From assembly GCA_001001375.1 (NCBI GenBank), contig LCNU01000003.1, positions 1-55,305 of the forward strand: a stretch of DNA of 55,305 nucleotides, in the 5' to 3' direction. The DNA comes from Candidatus Amesbacteria bacterium GW2011_GWC1_47_15 (GTDB taxonomy: Bacteria > Patescibacteriota > Microgenomatia > CAZETR01 > Amesbacteraceae). Shown here piece after piece: positions 35,234 through 45,580 of this stretch (within the stretch, counting starts at the first letter, position 1; every line of letters starts with the position of its first letter). The notes beneath the pieces are model-generated. The model was given only the letters and a program-made list of their open reading frames with translations. It was not told the DNA's origin and did not search any database. The position numbers and the translations under genes are program-made.

Positions 35234-36531
35234 TGTCGGATCAGAGCTTTGGTCTTTTCGGTGAGGCCGAGACAAAGCCAGGTGAATACCGCTATTTTGG
35301 AAGCGGCAAAAACGTCGATAAACACTGCGTTGATCAAAAGGCTGAAGAGAGAGCAAGTCACGGAAATCACAAACGCATGACACAAATCCTGGCGGTAAGA
35401 AATAATTAAGGGCAAAGAAGTCTTGAAATAACGGGCGATGATGAGCAAAAATGCCGCCAGACCCAGGATTCCCGACTCGGCCAGACTCCTTAAATAATCA
35501 TTGTCTACGGCCAGTCCGACGGAAGAAAAACCGGTCCCTAAGACAGGGTTTTTGGAGACCGCCCGCAGAGCTCTCGGCCATTCAACCCGAAGCCTGATAT
35601 TAAACGAGCGATCTTCGGGAACCAGGGGCGGTTTGAGCGCATCAGGTGTATCGTTGACATCTTTGGAACCGGTTTCCTGAGCTGATACGGTAGAAACCAA
35701 ACTGATCTTTAAGTGATTGGTGATCAGACTACGGTAACGGCCCAACAGTTGGGGCGAGACGACTACCCCGATGATTGCAGCAGCAGCCAGAGGCAGAAGC
35801 CATAATGGACGGCGAATAATCAGAAGCAATGCTGCCGCGCTGAGGAAAAAACTGGCGAAAGTAATCCTGGAAGCTGAAAGAAGGAGGGTCCAGTAAACCA
35901 GAGCGGCCAGGACCAAAAGTGGCAATTTGCGGGATGCAAACGGCAAGAGGGCAATGATCAAAAACAATGGAAATACAGAAAAAGCTGCCAGGTCGTAGTG
36001 ACCCGCAAAAGTGGAGTTGATACGGGCACCCTGGCCTAAAGTCAACGCCAAACCTTTGGAAAACTCGCTGTTGGTAGTGGTTACCACCGGAAAACCAAAG
36101 AATTGCTGACCGAGACCATAAACGGCCACCAGCAGGGAGGTCATAAGTACTACCCTGACGAGAAAATTTACCTGTTTTAAACCTTTTAGCCACGCATATC
36201 CCACAAAAAACAAGGACATGTACTCCAACCGACGGAAATAATGCAGGAAGCCTTGAGTGAGTGCGGACGACCTAGTAAGGAAAATGCCGGAAAAGGACGC
36301 AATCAGTCCGACAGTCAAATACAGAAGAAGCGCCCGGGAGAGCGGGGTGAATTCAAACAATCCGCGGTTTTTGATCAGTCCCCAGGTAAAAATTCCCGCT
36401 ACGAAAGCCAGCAATACATCCTCCAGACGAATAGCTACAAATGTACCGGAGACCGACACCAGGGGAAACTTGGGATAGAGCGGAATAAAAATCAAAACCA
36501 AGGCTAATAAATAGGTTTTTATATCAGACAT
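35230..36531 (-). CDS. O-antigen ligase/polymerase-family membrane protein
   Basis: FIPLYPKFP, IRLED, RINSTFAGHYDLA, SASR, NPVLGTG, DNDYLRSLAESGILG. Confidence 0.8.
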   Translation of the reverse strand: MSDIKTYLLALVLIFIPLYPKFPLVSVSGTFVAIRLEDVLLAFVAGIFTWGLIKNRGLFEFTPLSRALLLYLTVGLIASFSGIFLTRSSALTQGFLHYFRRLEYMSLFFVGYAWLKGLKQVNFLVRVVLMTSLLVAVYGLGQQFFGFPVVTTTNSEFSKGLALTLGQGARINSTFAGHYDLAAFSVFPLFLIIALLPFASRKLPLLVLAALVYWTLLLSASRITFASFFLSAAALLLIIRRPLWLLPLAAAAIIGVVVSPQLLGRYRSLITNHLKISLVSTVSAQETGSKDVNDTPDALKPPLVPEDRSFNIRLRVEWPRALRAVSKNPVLGTGFSSVGLAVDNDYLRSLAESGILGLAAFLLIIARYFKTSLPLIISYRQDLCHAFVISVTCSLFSLLINAVFIDVFAASKIAVFTWLCLGLTEKTKALIRQ

Positions 36532-37030
36532 GAGTGAATTCCTTAAATAATACGGCTGTAATAATTGAAGTCATGGCTAATACGGTCAGGCGGGTAACAG
36601 GATGCGAGGGTAGGAGTCGGACGGTAATTTTGGCCTCATAATGTTTGCCGGCAACATTTATTGCCTGGGTGGGAAGCGTGGGATAAAAGCCGTTGATATA
36701 AACCGATTCCCGCCAGGGGTGAACCAGCTCTTCCAGCCAAGAGGTAAGAGCCTGATCGCGGATAACAGTCTGCGACTCCTCGGGTGGATTATTGAGGCGG
36801 AGCTGGACCCAGGGCAGAAACCGCAAGGCAAAGGTCGAACTATAGTATTCCATAATTTCCTGCCGGGATAGGTCGGTAAAATAGGCACGGCGATAAATAC
36901 TCTCCGTATCCGCCGGCTCCGTGGATACCAATGACCCGGGAGGCGGTGGTGGAAAACCAGGATCAGGCAGCAGCAAGTACCAGGAAATAATCAGACAGAG
37001 CAGCAAAGTCGCGACTTTCAAAAACTTCAT
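36524..37030 (-). CDS. Hypothetical membrane protein
   Basis: N- and C-terminal TMs; SxEPADTE..RRAYFTD; tightly packed in the operon. Confidence 0.65.
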   Translation of the reverse strand: MKFLKVATLLLCLIISWYLLLPDPGFPPPPPGSLVSTEPADTESIYRRAYFTDLSRQEIMEYYSSTFALRFLPWVQLRLNNPPEESQTVIRDQALTSWLEELVHPWRESVYINGFYPTLPTQAINVAGKHYEAKITVRLLPSHPVTRLTVLAMTSIITAVLFKEFTHV

Positions 37031-37031
37031 T

Positions 37032-37673
37032 TTATTGGAAGAGTCGGGCGCGGCCTAACCTATATTTGAGGTTTTTATTATGTCTTTGCCCGATAATCGT
37101 TGCAGGAACTCCCCCGACTATTGAATAATCCGGCACGTCTTTGGTGACGACTGCCCCGGCTGCGACCACAGCCCCCCGGCCGATTTTTACATCCGGTAAA
37201 ATTATTGCTCTGGGACCGATAAAAACATAATCCCCTATTTCCACAGGTGCGTTTACTGCTTCGAAATCAGGTGAGGAAAGGTTGTGTTCGGAGTTATATA
37301 TCATGACTTCCGATGCGATATCCGTATGATCCCCGATTATCAGCCTGTCACGGCCGTCTAAAAAACAACTGAAACCGATAACGGAATCTTTGCCTATAGT
37401 AATACCTTTCGGAGAAAAAAAGCGCGTACCCATGTGAATAGTGCTACCCGATCCGATCCTCATACCAGCCGCGGAGAAAATTATTTTACGCAGGAAATAA
37501 AGGGGCAGGTGTTCACTGATAAAATGCAGGATCATCAATTCGAAATCATAATACCAGTTGGCTGCCCGATTACCGGCTTTAGCTAACGCACCTGAAAAAG
37601 AAAGCTGTCTTCCTTGCTTATCAGTAAACGTTATCCCTCGGGAGGAAATGTGAATATTTTCTCCGTATATCAT
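37032..37673 (-). CDS. Hexapeptide-repeat acetyltransferase
   Basis: IGSGSTI, IGKDSVIG, IGDYVFIGPRAIILPDVKIGRGAVVAAGAVVTKDV..GGVPA. Confidence 0.9.
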   Translation of the reverse strand: MIYGENIHISSRGITFTDKQGRQLSFSGALAKAGNRAANWYYDFELMILHFISEHLPLYFLRKIIFSAAGMRIGSGSTIHMGTRFFSPKGITIGKDSVIGFSCFLDGRDRLIIGDHTDIASEVMIYNSEHNLSSPDFEAVNAPVEIGDYVFIGPRAIILPDVKIGRGAVVAAGAVVTKDVPDYSIVGGVPATIIGQRHNKNLKYRLGRARLFQ

Positions 37674-38782
37674 GTTTTGGCCGCCTGCTCTAAAACCTGC
37701 AGCGTCGAGCGGGCGGTATGTTGCCAGTCAAATAATTTTACACGCTTTAGACCGGCTTGGATATACTTGTCCCTGGATGACCCCAAGGCTTGGGCGATAC
37801 CTCCGGCTATACTGCCTGGATCAGAAGGGTCGACGTATATACCGGCGTTCCCTGCCACTTCAGGCAGACTGGCGACCCGGGAAACGACTACCGGGGTCCC
37901 GCAGGCCATAGCCTCCAACACTGGGATACCGAAACCTTCATAAAAACTGGGCATAACGAAAGCCCGGGAATGAGTCATCAGCACCGGAACTTCAGTTTCT
38001 TCCACAAACCCGGTAAATACCACCCTGTGCGAAAGCCGAAGTTTCTTTACCAGACGGAAAATATCGTCATACAGCCAGGCTTTTTTACCTGCTACAACAA
38101 GATTTACATTAATCGCAATTTTTTCATCTTTAATCAACTGAGAATATGCATTAATTAATCCAACAACATTCTTATTTGGTTTAAGGCTGCTTAAATAGAG
38201 GATAAAAGGCTCTGATATGATGTATTTTTTCAAAACTGCCGTCTGGCGGACGAGCTTAAACATATTCCTGTCATAACCGGGATAAGTTACCGTTATTTTA
38301 TTTTCCGGATAACCATAAGTGTTAACTATATCCAGTCTGGAAAATTCGGATATTGTGATAATACGTGAAGCTTTTTTTACCGAATATGCCGTCCAGCTCT
38401 TTAATTGATTAAAGTCCCGGGGTGTAAACTGGTCCGGGAATTTCAGAAACCCCAAGTCCATGATTGATATTACTGTTGGGACAGGCGAGAAGCGGGGGGC
38501 GTAATGGGTGGCGCTGAAAAAGACATCCGGTCGGGGATGGTGAGTATAGAGATCGAAGGGCAGTCGGGTCTGAGTCCAGAGCCGGGGAAATGGAAGGATG
38601 CGGTAATCCCATCCGTGACGGGATGCAGGTAAATCCAGCAAGGGAGGGTTTTTCAAATAAATGACGAATTGGTGATTAGTCTTGAGGTTATAGAAAGCGT
38701 GAATTAAATCGAAGGCATATTGGTTTACCCCCACCCGATGGGAAGTAAGGTTGGCCTCGTTGGCGTCGATACCGATAATCAT
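37670..38782 (-). CDS. Glycosyltransferase family 4
   Basis: IGIDANEAN, SIMDL, PNKN, PSFYEGFGIPVLEAMACGTPVV. Confidence 0.9.
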   Translation of the reverse strand: MIIGIDANEANLTSHRVGVNQYAFDLIHAFYNLKTNHQFVIYLKNPPLLDLPASRHGWDYRILPFPRLWTQTRLPFDLYTHHPRPDVFFSATHYAPRFSPVPTVISIMDLGFLKFPDQFTPRDFNQLKSWTAYSVKKASRIITISEFSRLDIVNTYGYPENKITVTYPGYDRNMFKLVRQTAVLKKYIISEPFILYLSSLKPNKNVVGLINAYSQLIKDEKIAINVNLVVAGKKAWLYDDIFRLVKKLRLSHRVVFTGFVEETEVPVLMTHSRAFVMPSFYEGFGIPVLEAMACGTPVVVSRVASLPEVAGNAGIYVDPSDPGSIAGGIAQALGSSRDKYIQAGLKRVKLFDWQHTARSTLQVLEQAAKT

Positions 38783-39825
38783 AATACTGATTGGTAAACC
38801 TTCAAGGTTTCCCGAGCCGCAGCCGACCAGCTGAATTTAGATAACTGGGTTTTACCGGCGGTGATAAGTTTTTTCCTGGCCTTAATGGCCCCCGCAATAC
38901 CAGAAGCAATGGATTCCTCGTCAAACGGATCGAAATATGAAGCGGCAAGACCGGCAGCTTCCGGTAGAGAAGAGGTGCGGGAACAAGCTACCGGGATTTC
39001 GTGTCTGAAAGCTACGAGAACAGGCAGGCCGAAACCTTCGTAGAGAGAAGGATATACAAATGCACAAGCCTGCGACATATAGTCCACGAGTTCTTGATCG
39101 GACACATAACCTGTATATTCCACTCCCCGGTATTCCTTTTGCCTGATATCCGGTTTTTCTCCTATAATTATCAGTTTTTCGGTAAGCCGGTATTTGGAAT
39201 TGAAATTGAGATATGCCGAAATAAGCCGATCTATATTCTTTCGCGGCTGACGGGCCCCTATGGCCAGGATATAGGGGACATCATGCAGAGAAGAGGGTGA
39301 AGGTGGAATATCAAAGCGGGAGGGCAGGGCTTCGGGAACGATACTTATCTTAGAAACAGGAAATTTAAAAAGTTTTTGGAAATCAGAAGCCGTGTTTTGA
39401 GAAACGCATATAACATGTTGGCATTCCTTGACCACCCACTTCATTCGGGAGGAATGAACGGCAACAATCGATGTGGATGTTTCGGCCGGATAAAGAAACG
39501 GGGACAAGTCGTGAACCGTGGTAACTTTGGCTGATGAGTCCGGGCCTTGGGCCCAATCTGACGAATGGTAAATATCGATACTACCGGGGGCGAAATTTTC
39601 AAAATTCACAACGTGAAGCCGGTTCCATAAATAATGCAGGGCTGTAGGGGGTATGGGGTATAAAACCAAGTCGGGTATCAACCTTTTTAGTTCCTGTCCC
39701 CGCCGCAGGGAAAAACCTACCGGTACAATTTCCGCCAGAGGCTGAAGATGCCTAACTAACTCTACCGTATAATCGGAAACCCCGGTTCCATAGACTGCCT
39801 GGGAAACATCAATACCTACTTTCAT
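38779..39825 (-). CDS. Glycosyltransferase family 4
   Basis: MKVGIDVSQ..YGTGV, TTVHDL, QPRKN, YPSLYEGFGLPVL; start ATG 39825. Confidence 0.88.
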   Translation of the reverse strand: MKVGIDVSQAVYGTGVSDYTVELVRHLQPLAEIVPVGFSLRRGQELKRLIPDLVLYPIPPTALHYLWNRLHVVNFENFAPGSIDIYHSSDWAQGPDSSAKVTTVHDLSPFLYPAETSTSIVAVHSSRMKWVVKECQHVICVSQNTASDFQKLFKFPVSKISIVPEALPSRFDIPPSPSSLHDVPYILAIGARQPRKNIDRLISAYLNFNSKYRLTEKLIIIGEKPDIRQKEYRGVEYTGYVSDQELVDYMSQACAFVYPSLYEGFGLPVLVAFRHEIPVACSRTSSLPEAAGLAASYFDPFDEESIASGIAGAIKARKKLITAGKTQLSKFSWSAAARETLKVYQSVL

Positions 39826-41134
39826 AGACCTCCACATCACCGATTTTGTCCATAAGGCGATAGTCCCTGCGGATAAATTGTAACAGGGGACGGGCGTATT
39901 CAGTAACCGGAACCTTGTCAACCACTGCCGAGGTGTCAAAAAATATGTAGCGGGGCGGATCCAGAGCCAAGTCCGCAAGCATCCGGTCTCCCGTCAGATG
40001 TAAATACCACGGGAGCTGATAGACAAAAAAACTACCGGAAGGAAGGGTGCCGGAAAGAACATATAAATGGGGCTGTACTCCCAGCAGGAAAGTTTTGTCC
40101 CCCGCCGGCACACGCCGGGAAATACTTTGCGCCAGACGTAAGGACGCGGAATCAAAAAAGCGGTATTGGAAAAAGTGCGACTGGCGGAAGTAATACCGCC
40201 CGAAAACAGCGATCAAAAAAGCAGATAACGCGTAAAAGACGATCCGTTTATACCTGTACAGATCTGCAGCCAGAACTCCGGTGATGAGAGACAGAAAGGG
40301 AACAGCGGCCTGGAAATGCATCCTGTCCACCCGCGTAAAACCGCTTAAAACTAACAGGCCGGCCCAGACAACGGGAAACAAAACAGAAGTCCGTTTATTC
40401 TGATAAATCAAGGATGACACGACGACCAGTGCAGGTGAGATCAGATACAATACGGCGCGAAAAGAAGGAGGAGAGAATGCCAGAGTCGGATAATATAGCC
40501 AGTTAAATTCAATGGTCCAGAACCAGAATTCATCAAAAACACCCCGGGAATAGACCCAGTAAAAAAGGGCGGCAACAGGCAGGAATACGCCGGCCGCGAA
40601 GCGAAAAGCGGTTTTTAACCTGCCCGGGGAACAGACAGCCGCCCAGGGAATAAGGAATAAAGGCAGTATCAAAGCCGATTGCTTGAAGAGGACAGCGGCT
40701 CCCAGGAGCAGGCCGGACACAAAGTATTTCCGGCCCAACCAATAATAAAAAGCGATAACAGCAAAAAAACCTACGAAAGAATCGTACCAGAGATGGTTTC
40801 CTGCGAAATATATCTGCCACAGGGCAAATGCAAAGACGGAAAAATATCGTCCTTTCAACCTCAATTTACCTGCAGATTTGAAAATAAAAACGGATTGGAC
40901 AAGGATCAGCAGCAAGGCCAGTTTTTTAAAATCCAGAGGATCGGTGAAACCCAGGGAATAAAAGTTGGTACCCGTCAGCGTGAGGGCGGGAAAATGCTGA
41001 TCGATGATCTGGCGGTAAGGAATCAGACCCCGGTTCACGAGATAGGGGTAGATGTGGAATTCGGGATAGGAAAAAAATTCCAGCGGCCAATAGAGGAACA
41101 GATGAAACAAGACGGCGAACAAAAAAAGCATCAT
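39809..41134 (-). CDS. GT-C-like polytopic membrane glycosyltransferase
   Basis: YPE..IYPYL..GLIPYRQIIDQHFP, LFKQ, many TMs, extracellular C-terminal domain. Confidence 0.65.
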   Translation of the reverse strand: MMLFLFAVLFHLFLYWPLEFFSYPEFHIYPYLVNRGLIPYRQIIDQHFPALTLTGTNFYSLGFTDPLDFKKLALLLILVQSVFIFKSAGKLRLKGRYFSVFAFALWQIYFAGNHLWYDSFVGFFAVIAFYYWLGRKYFVSGLLLGAAVLFKQSALILPLFLIPWAAVCSPGRLKTAFRFAAGVFLPVAALFYWVYSRGVFDEFWFWTIEFNWLYYPTLAFSPPSFRAVLYLISPALVVVSSLIYQNKRTSVLFPVVWAGLLVLSGFTRVDRMHFQAAVPFLSLITGVLAADLYRYKRIVFYALSAFLIAVFGRYYFRQSHFFQYRFFDSASLRLAQSISRRVPAGDKTFLLGVQPHLYVLSGTLPSGSFFVYQLPWYLHLTGDRMLADLALDPPRYIFFDTSAVVDKVPVTEYARPLLQFIRRDYRLMDKIGDVEVYESRY

Positions 41135-42537
41135 ATCTTTTGGTAGCGATAAATAAATCCTACCCCAGGGTAATCATATATCCCTGTCTGGATGAAATGA
41201 TTGGCACGCAGGGCTTTTTCCACATTCAGGCCGGGATCCGTCAGACCGGTGAGATATTCCATTAGATATAATTCGGGTAAATTTGCCACCGAGTCAAGCC
41301 GTGCCGCGACGGAAGAGTATTCGGCCGGATAAGAAGAAACTACCGGATATACGGAAAGTCCGGGAGCATACCAGTCTATGGGAGCAAACACGGAGGAGGA
41401 TTTGATAAGTACGGGTCCCGGCCGGGTTTGTAAAAATGCCATAGCCTGTCGCCACTGTTCTCTTTGGAGACGGGGGCGAGTGAAATAGGCGATATCCCCA
41501 ACCAGGAAGATATAAAAAATCAAGGCTGTGAATAGACGCGGATAGCGCAGGCAAGCCTGGACCATGAGTAAAACAAAGGCCGGGAGAATATAAATGACCC
41601 GGAAAGGCTGATTCTGGGGCAGCAGCAACGATGTCAAGAGGAGTGAAAATACAGGGACAATAGCCCAGATAAAGAGAAAGCGTTTGTGCATGGACGCCAG
41701 ACCCAGAGAGGCGAAGGTAACAAAAAAGACAAAGGTAATATATATTCCATATAAATACCGCGAGATAAAACTTATTCTTCCAGCTATTATCTTGAAAATA
41801 ATAACCGGGAAAGCTTTAAGAGGGGAAATACTTAAGACATTTCGCCACCCCGGAAGGTAATGGTCTATGTTAAGTCCTGATCCCAGCTGACGGAAAAACT
41901 GTGGAAGCCACGGCAGGAAGATCACAATAATAAGTAAATGGCTGACAGCTAAATTTTTGGCATGTTTCCGGGCATAGAAAAGGACATATACTGTCTGGGC
42001 GAAAATTAAAAAAATACCCGAGTAATGGGTATAAAGCATGAGGGCGTTTACCAATCCCAACGTTAAATATTTTTTACGATATAACAAATAGATCGAGAGA
42101 GTGCCCAGAAAAGAAAGTAAAGAGTACATACGGAATTCCTGGGAATAATAAATATGGAAGGGGGAAACCGCGAGCATCAAGCTGGCTAAATGTTTAATAT
42201 CCAATGTCCAATGTTTAATGTTTATATATTTGTCGGGGAATAAATCTTTTGCGAAAACGTAAATCAGATACATATCTGCTAATCCAAAGGTAAGCGGGAG
42301 CAGGCGCAGCCAGATCTCGGACCGGCCAAAAGACAACCAGGCATGCGCCAGAAAATAAAACATAGGCGGATGAAAATCGGCTCCCCTGCCAAACCAGATC
42401 TGAGAAACCGGCAGGGAGGACATTTGGGCCTGACTGGCTTCATCCAGCCAAAAACTCTGATCAATATTTATCAGCCTGAGTACAAGACCGAGAACCAGTA
42501 TAAATGTCAGGATGTATGGGGATTTTGTTTTTGCCAT
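41131..42537 (-). CDS. GT-C glycosyltransferase (GT39/PMT-like)
   Basis: QSFWLDEA (DE motif after TM1), DFHPPMFY, SPFHIYYSQEFRMYS, YTHY, REQWR; start ATG 42537. Confidence 0.82.
   Translation of the reverse strand: MAKTKSPYILTFILVLGLVLRLINIDQSFWLDEASQAQMSSLPVSQIWFGRGADFHPPMFYFLAHAWLSFGRSEIWLRLLPLTFGLADMYLIYVFAKDLFPDKYINIKHWTLDIKHLASLMLAVSPFHIYYSQEFRMYSLLSFLGTLSIYLLYRKKYLTLGLVNALMLYTHYSGIFLIFAQTVYVLFYARKHAKNLAVSHLLIIVIFLPWLPQFFRQLGSGLNIDHYLPGWRNVLSISPLKAFPVIIFKIIAGRISFISRYLYGIYITFVFFVTFASLGLASMHKRFLFIWAIVPVFSLLLTSLLLPQNQPFRVIYILPAFVLLMVQACLRYPRLFTALIFYIFLVGDIAYFTRPRLQREQWRQAMAFLQTRPGPVLIKSSSVFAPIDWYAPGLSVYPVVSSYPAEYSSVAARLDSVANLPELYLMEYLTGLTDPGLNVEKALRANHFIQTGIYDYPGVGFIYRYQKI
42189..42223. 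repeat. 7-bp tandem repeat inside a coding sequence
   Basis: AATGTTT AATATCC AATGTCC AATGTTT AATGTTT; read on the minus strand as (I)NIKHWTLDIKH. Confidence 0.7.
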
Positions 42538-43274
42538 GATTTGACGGCCAGACAGGCGCCGTATACAGCCATGAGATAACTTAAGAACAGGCCGTGCCAG
42601 CCATCCAGAAAACCGGCGAACAGGAAATAATGGCGGAAAAATTTCCATTTTGGCTGGAGGATCAATCTAAGCCAGTGGGGACGAATCAAAGATGAAAAAC
42701 GGCTTTGGCTGCCCGAAGAAATATCCAAGGTCGTATATTGATTTGTTTTGTGTAAAAATTCTTCCACGGTGCGGTAATGGAAATGATATTTGGGAGCTGA
42801 TAGACTTCCCACCGGTCCGTCCACCGAGACCCGCTCATGTACCGCGTTTTCCCAATGGCTTCTGGTTTTGTCGAACAGCCAGACGTGCTTATCCGATGCG
42901 GGAGACCAATTAGTATGATAAATGGATTTACCAAAAATATAGTTGATCCGGGGAAAGGCGAAAGCGGCAAAACGAGTCCCGGGAACGGCGGACTTGATTT
43001 CCTTTATCAATTCTTCGGAGGCTGTTTCATCTGCATCCAGGGATAATACCCATTTGAATTTCGTGAGCGATACCGCATAATTTTTCTGTGAGGCGAAATC
43101 ATCAAATTGCCTATGAAAAACCCGGGCTCCCGATTTTTCAGCGACGGCGGAGGTAGTGTCCGAAGAAGAAGAATCAACTACAACCACAATGTCTGTTGTC
43201 AGAGGCGAAACGCTTTCTATACAGCTGCCTATAACATCTGCGGCGTTTTTAGCAATAATGGCTACGGAGAACAT
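42507..43274 (-). CDS. Glycosyltransferase family 2 (KdtX/WaaE-like)
   Basis: IIAKN, FDDFASQKNYA, LSLDADE, VHE, KTNQYTT, GFLDGWHG. Confidence 0.88.
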   Translation of the reverse strand: MFSVAIIAKNAADVIGSCIESVSPLTTDIVVVVDSSSSDTTSAVAEKSGARVFHRQFDDFASQKNYAVSLTKFKWVLSLDADETASEELIKEIKSAVPGTRFAAFAFPRINYIFGKSIYHTNWSPASDKHVWLFDKTRSHWENAVHERVSVDGPVGSLSAPKYHFHYRTVEEFLHKTNQYTTLDISSGSQSRFSSLIRPHWLRLILQPKWKFFRHYFLFAGFLDGWHGLFLSYLMAVYGACLAVKSWQKQNPHTS

Positions 43275-44194
43275 AATTTTTCAAACAGTTGATGATACTC
43301 CAAAGCAATTTTACTCCAGGGATACTTTTCGGCTTGAATCCGGGGTTTATTTTCCCAATCTGTTTTCAAGGCTACATTTAATGCAGATGCGTAAGCGGCT
43401 GAATCAGATGGGTCTGCATACAGTCCGGCCACACCAACAATTTCCCGGCGTATAGGATCGTCTGTGGAAACTACAGGCAGACCGGAGGCCATAGCCTCGA
43501 GCAAAACAATGCCGAATGATTCCCAGGGAACCGTAGGGAAGGTAAATATGTCCGCGCCGAGGTAAACACCCGGCATTTGAGTATGGGGATATGCGGAAGT
43601 TTTGAACCTTCCTGGGAGAAGACGGTTTCCAAGCTCAACCAAGTGTTTTTCCTCCTCTCCCCTGCCCACCAGCCAGAGAGAAGCTGTTTTCAGCCGAGAT
43701 ACGGCTTTGATGGCCAGGTCCAATCTTTTTTGGGTCGTAAAAGCCGAAACGCAAAGAATCACGGGCCCGGGTAAATCCGGGTTGATTTTTTTTACCGAGG
43801 AATTAAATTTTTCCAAATCGACGCCGTTGGGGATTTTTTCCACCCGCACGAAAGGATTTATTTTTTTTGCCCATTTCCGCTGGTATTCGGAGAGAGCGAT
43901 AAACACCGAGGGAAATGTATAGAGATTTATACGGTCGTCCAGACCGGGGCCGGAATGGCCGGAGATGACAAATTTTGTACCACTTAAGAAACTCAATTTT
44001 CGGGCGAATATATTATCCAACCGACCGTTTACTCCCACTAAAATTTGCGCGTCTGCAGGTACCGAATCAAAAATATTTTTTCTAATTAAGACCGTATTAC
44101 CTAACTGCATCAATTGCGAGGACAGATTTTCCACGTATGTCTCCGCCCCGCGGCTGACTTCTCCCTGAAATCTGCTCAAAAATACGATTTTCAT
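43262..44194 (-). CDS. Glycosyltransferase family 4
   Basis: MKIVFLSRF...[33 protein letters not shown]; start ATG 44194. Confidence 0.88.
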   Translation of the reverse strand: MKIVFLSRFQGEVSRGAETYVENLSSQLMQLGNTVLIRKNIFDSVPADAQILVGVNGRLDNIFARKLSFLSGTKFVISGHSGPGLDDRINLYTFPSVFIALSEYQRKWAKKINPFVRVEKIPNGVDLEKFNSSVKKINPDLPGPVILCVSAFTTQKRLDLAIKAVSRLKTASLWLVGRGEEEKHLVELGNRLLPGRFKTSAYPHTQMPGVYLGADIFTFPTVPWESFGIVLLEAMASGLPVVSTDDPIRREIVGVAGLYADPSDSAAYASALNVALKTDWENKPRIQAEKYPWSKIALEYHQLFEKLCSP

Positions 44195-44209
44195 ATTATA
44201 ATTCCCATA

Positions 44210-44914
44210 GTGAAGAAGCTTTCGGTCATAATTCCAGTATACAACGAGGAAAAAACGGTGGGGGAAATTATTAGGAGAGTGCAAAGGGCAAAAGTAAACG
44301 GGCTGAACAAAGAAATTATAGTAATAAACGACGGTTCGACGGATAATACAAAACAAGTACTTCAAAAATTTAAAGATAAAGACACCAGGATTTTAAACAA
44401 ACCGAAAAACGAAGGAAAGGGGGCTGCATTGAGAGACGGAATACGCAGCGCCACCGGAGATATTTTACTCATCCAGGACGCGGATCTGGAGTATGACCCG
44501 AGGGAATATCCCCTACTGATCGACCCGATAAGGGAAGGAAACGCGGATGTGGTATACGGCTCACGATTTATCAGCTTCAGACCGCACAGGGTGCAATTTT
44601 TCTGGCACATGATGGGCAACAAACTGCTGACTTTACTGACCAACGCAGTAACAAACATGAACTTCACGGATATGGAAACCTGCTACAAGGCATTTACGCG
44701 CGATATAGCCAACCGGCTGAAAATTGAAGAAAACAGGTTTGGTTTTGAACCGGAATTTACGATCAAAGTATCCCGGATGAATGCCCGGGTGTTTGAGGTC
44801 GGCATCAGTTACCTGGGCAGGAGTTATGAGGAAGGCAAGAAGATCAACTGGAAAGACGGGGTCTGGGCGTTATGGTGTATTGCCAAGTACGGGTTTTTGG
44901 GCGACGGCAAATAG
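44210..44914 (+). CDS. GT2 polyprenol-phosphate glycosyltransferase (DPM synthase/ArnC-like)
   Basis: [54 protein letters not shown]; start GTG 44210. Confidence 0.9.
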   Translation: MKKLSVIIPVYNEEKTVGEIIRRVQRAKVNGLNKEIIVINDGSTDNTKQVLQKFKDKDTRILNKPKNEGKGAALRDGIRSATGDILLIQDADLEYDPREYPLLIDPIREGNADVVYGSRFISFRPHRVQFFWHMMGNKLLTLLTNAVTNMNFTDMETCYKAFTRDIANRLKIEENRFGFEPEFTIKVSRMNARVFEVGISYLGRSYEEGKKINWKDGVWALWCIAKYGFLGDGK

Positions 44915-45580
44915 ACTCTGACCGAACGGTACTGATAGGTGGTTTTCCAGATAAAGGAACGGTGTCAGCAGAGCATCGTAAATCTTTTGGGTCAGCGGAT
45001 AATAGTTTTCAAACGGCGGCAGCCGGTTGGCAAGCCACCAGGCAAAAAAACCAAGAAAGTTGTAATACCGTAATTCTTTTATTTCAAATCCTGCGGACTT
45101 CAGCAAAAACGAAAGCACACGGGGAGTATAACGGCGGCAGTGGCCCAGGCGGGAATCTATAGGACCGGAAATCTCCGGACGCGCCGGGACAAATAACAAC
45201 AGTTTCCCACCCGGACGCAGTACCCTGAAAAAGTGTGAAATCGCTTTTTTATCATCCGGTATATGCTCCAATACGTTTGCTGAAAATATTGTGTCCGGCG
45301 TGAGTTTTGCCAGCAATTCTGGGGGGGGTTTTTGGATATCCCAGGCCACCACCCGGTGAGGAAAGTGCTTTGACAAAAAGGAAACATAATCCCGGTTAAT
45401 ATCTGATAAAGTAAGGCTTTTTTTTTGAGGAACCAAACGTGAGAGATGACCCAAACCACTGCCTATTTCGAGAATATTTTCGCCGAAATTCGAAATAAAA
45501 CGGTCCATTATCCACTGATGGTAGCGGTGCATGACAGCGACATTTTCCAGTACTGCATGGCCGGAATAATAATTACTCAT
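44870..45580 (-). CDS. Class I SAM-dependent methyltransferase
   Basis: [23 protein letters not shown]...VPA, GHCRRY. Confidence 0.88.
   Translation of the reverse strand: MSNYYSGHAVLENVAVMHRYHQWIMDRFISNFGENILEIGSGLGHLSRLVPQKKSLTLSDINRDYVSFLSKHFPHRVVAWDIQKPPPELLAKLTPDTIFSANVLEHIPDDKKAISHFFRVLRPGGKLLLFVPARPEISGPIDSRLGHCRRYTPRVLSFLLKSAGFEIKELRYYNFLGFFAWWLANRLPPFENYYPLTQKIYDALLTPFLYLENHLSVPFGQSLFAVAQKPVLGNTP

Noticed and set aside
44195..44365. Mutually overlapping 5' extensions of ORFs 43262-44365 (-) and 44114-44914 (+)
   Set aside because: Family-typical N-termini begin at 44194 and 44210, so the long overlap is an ORF-calling artefact.
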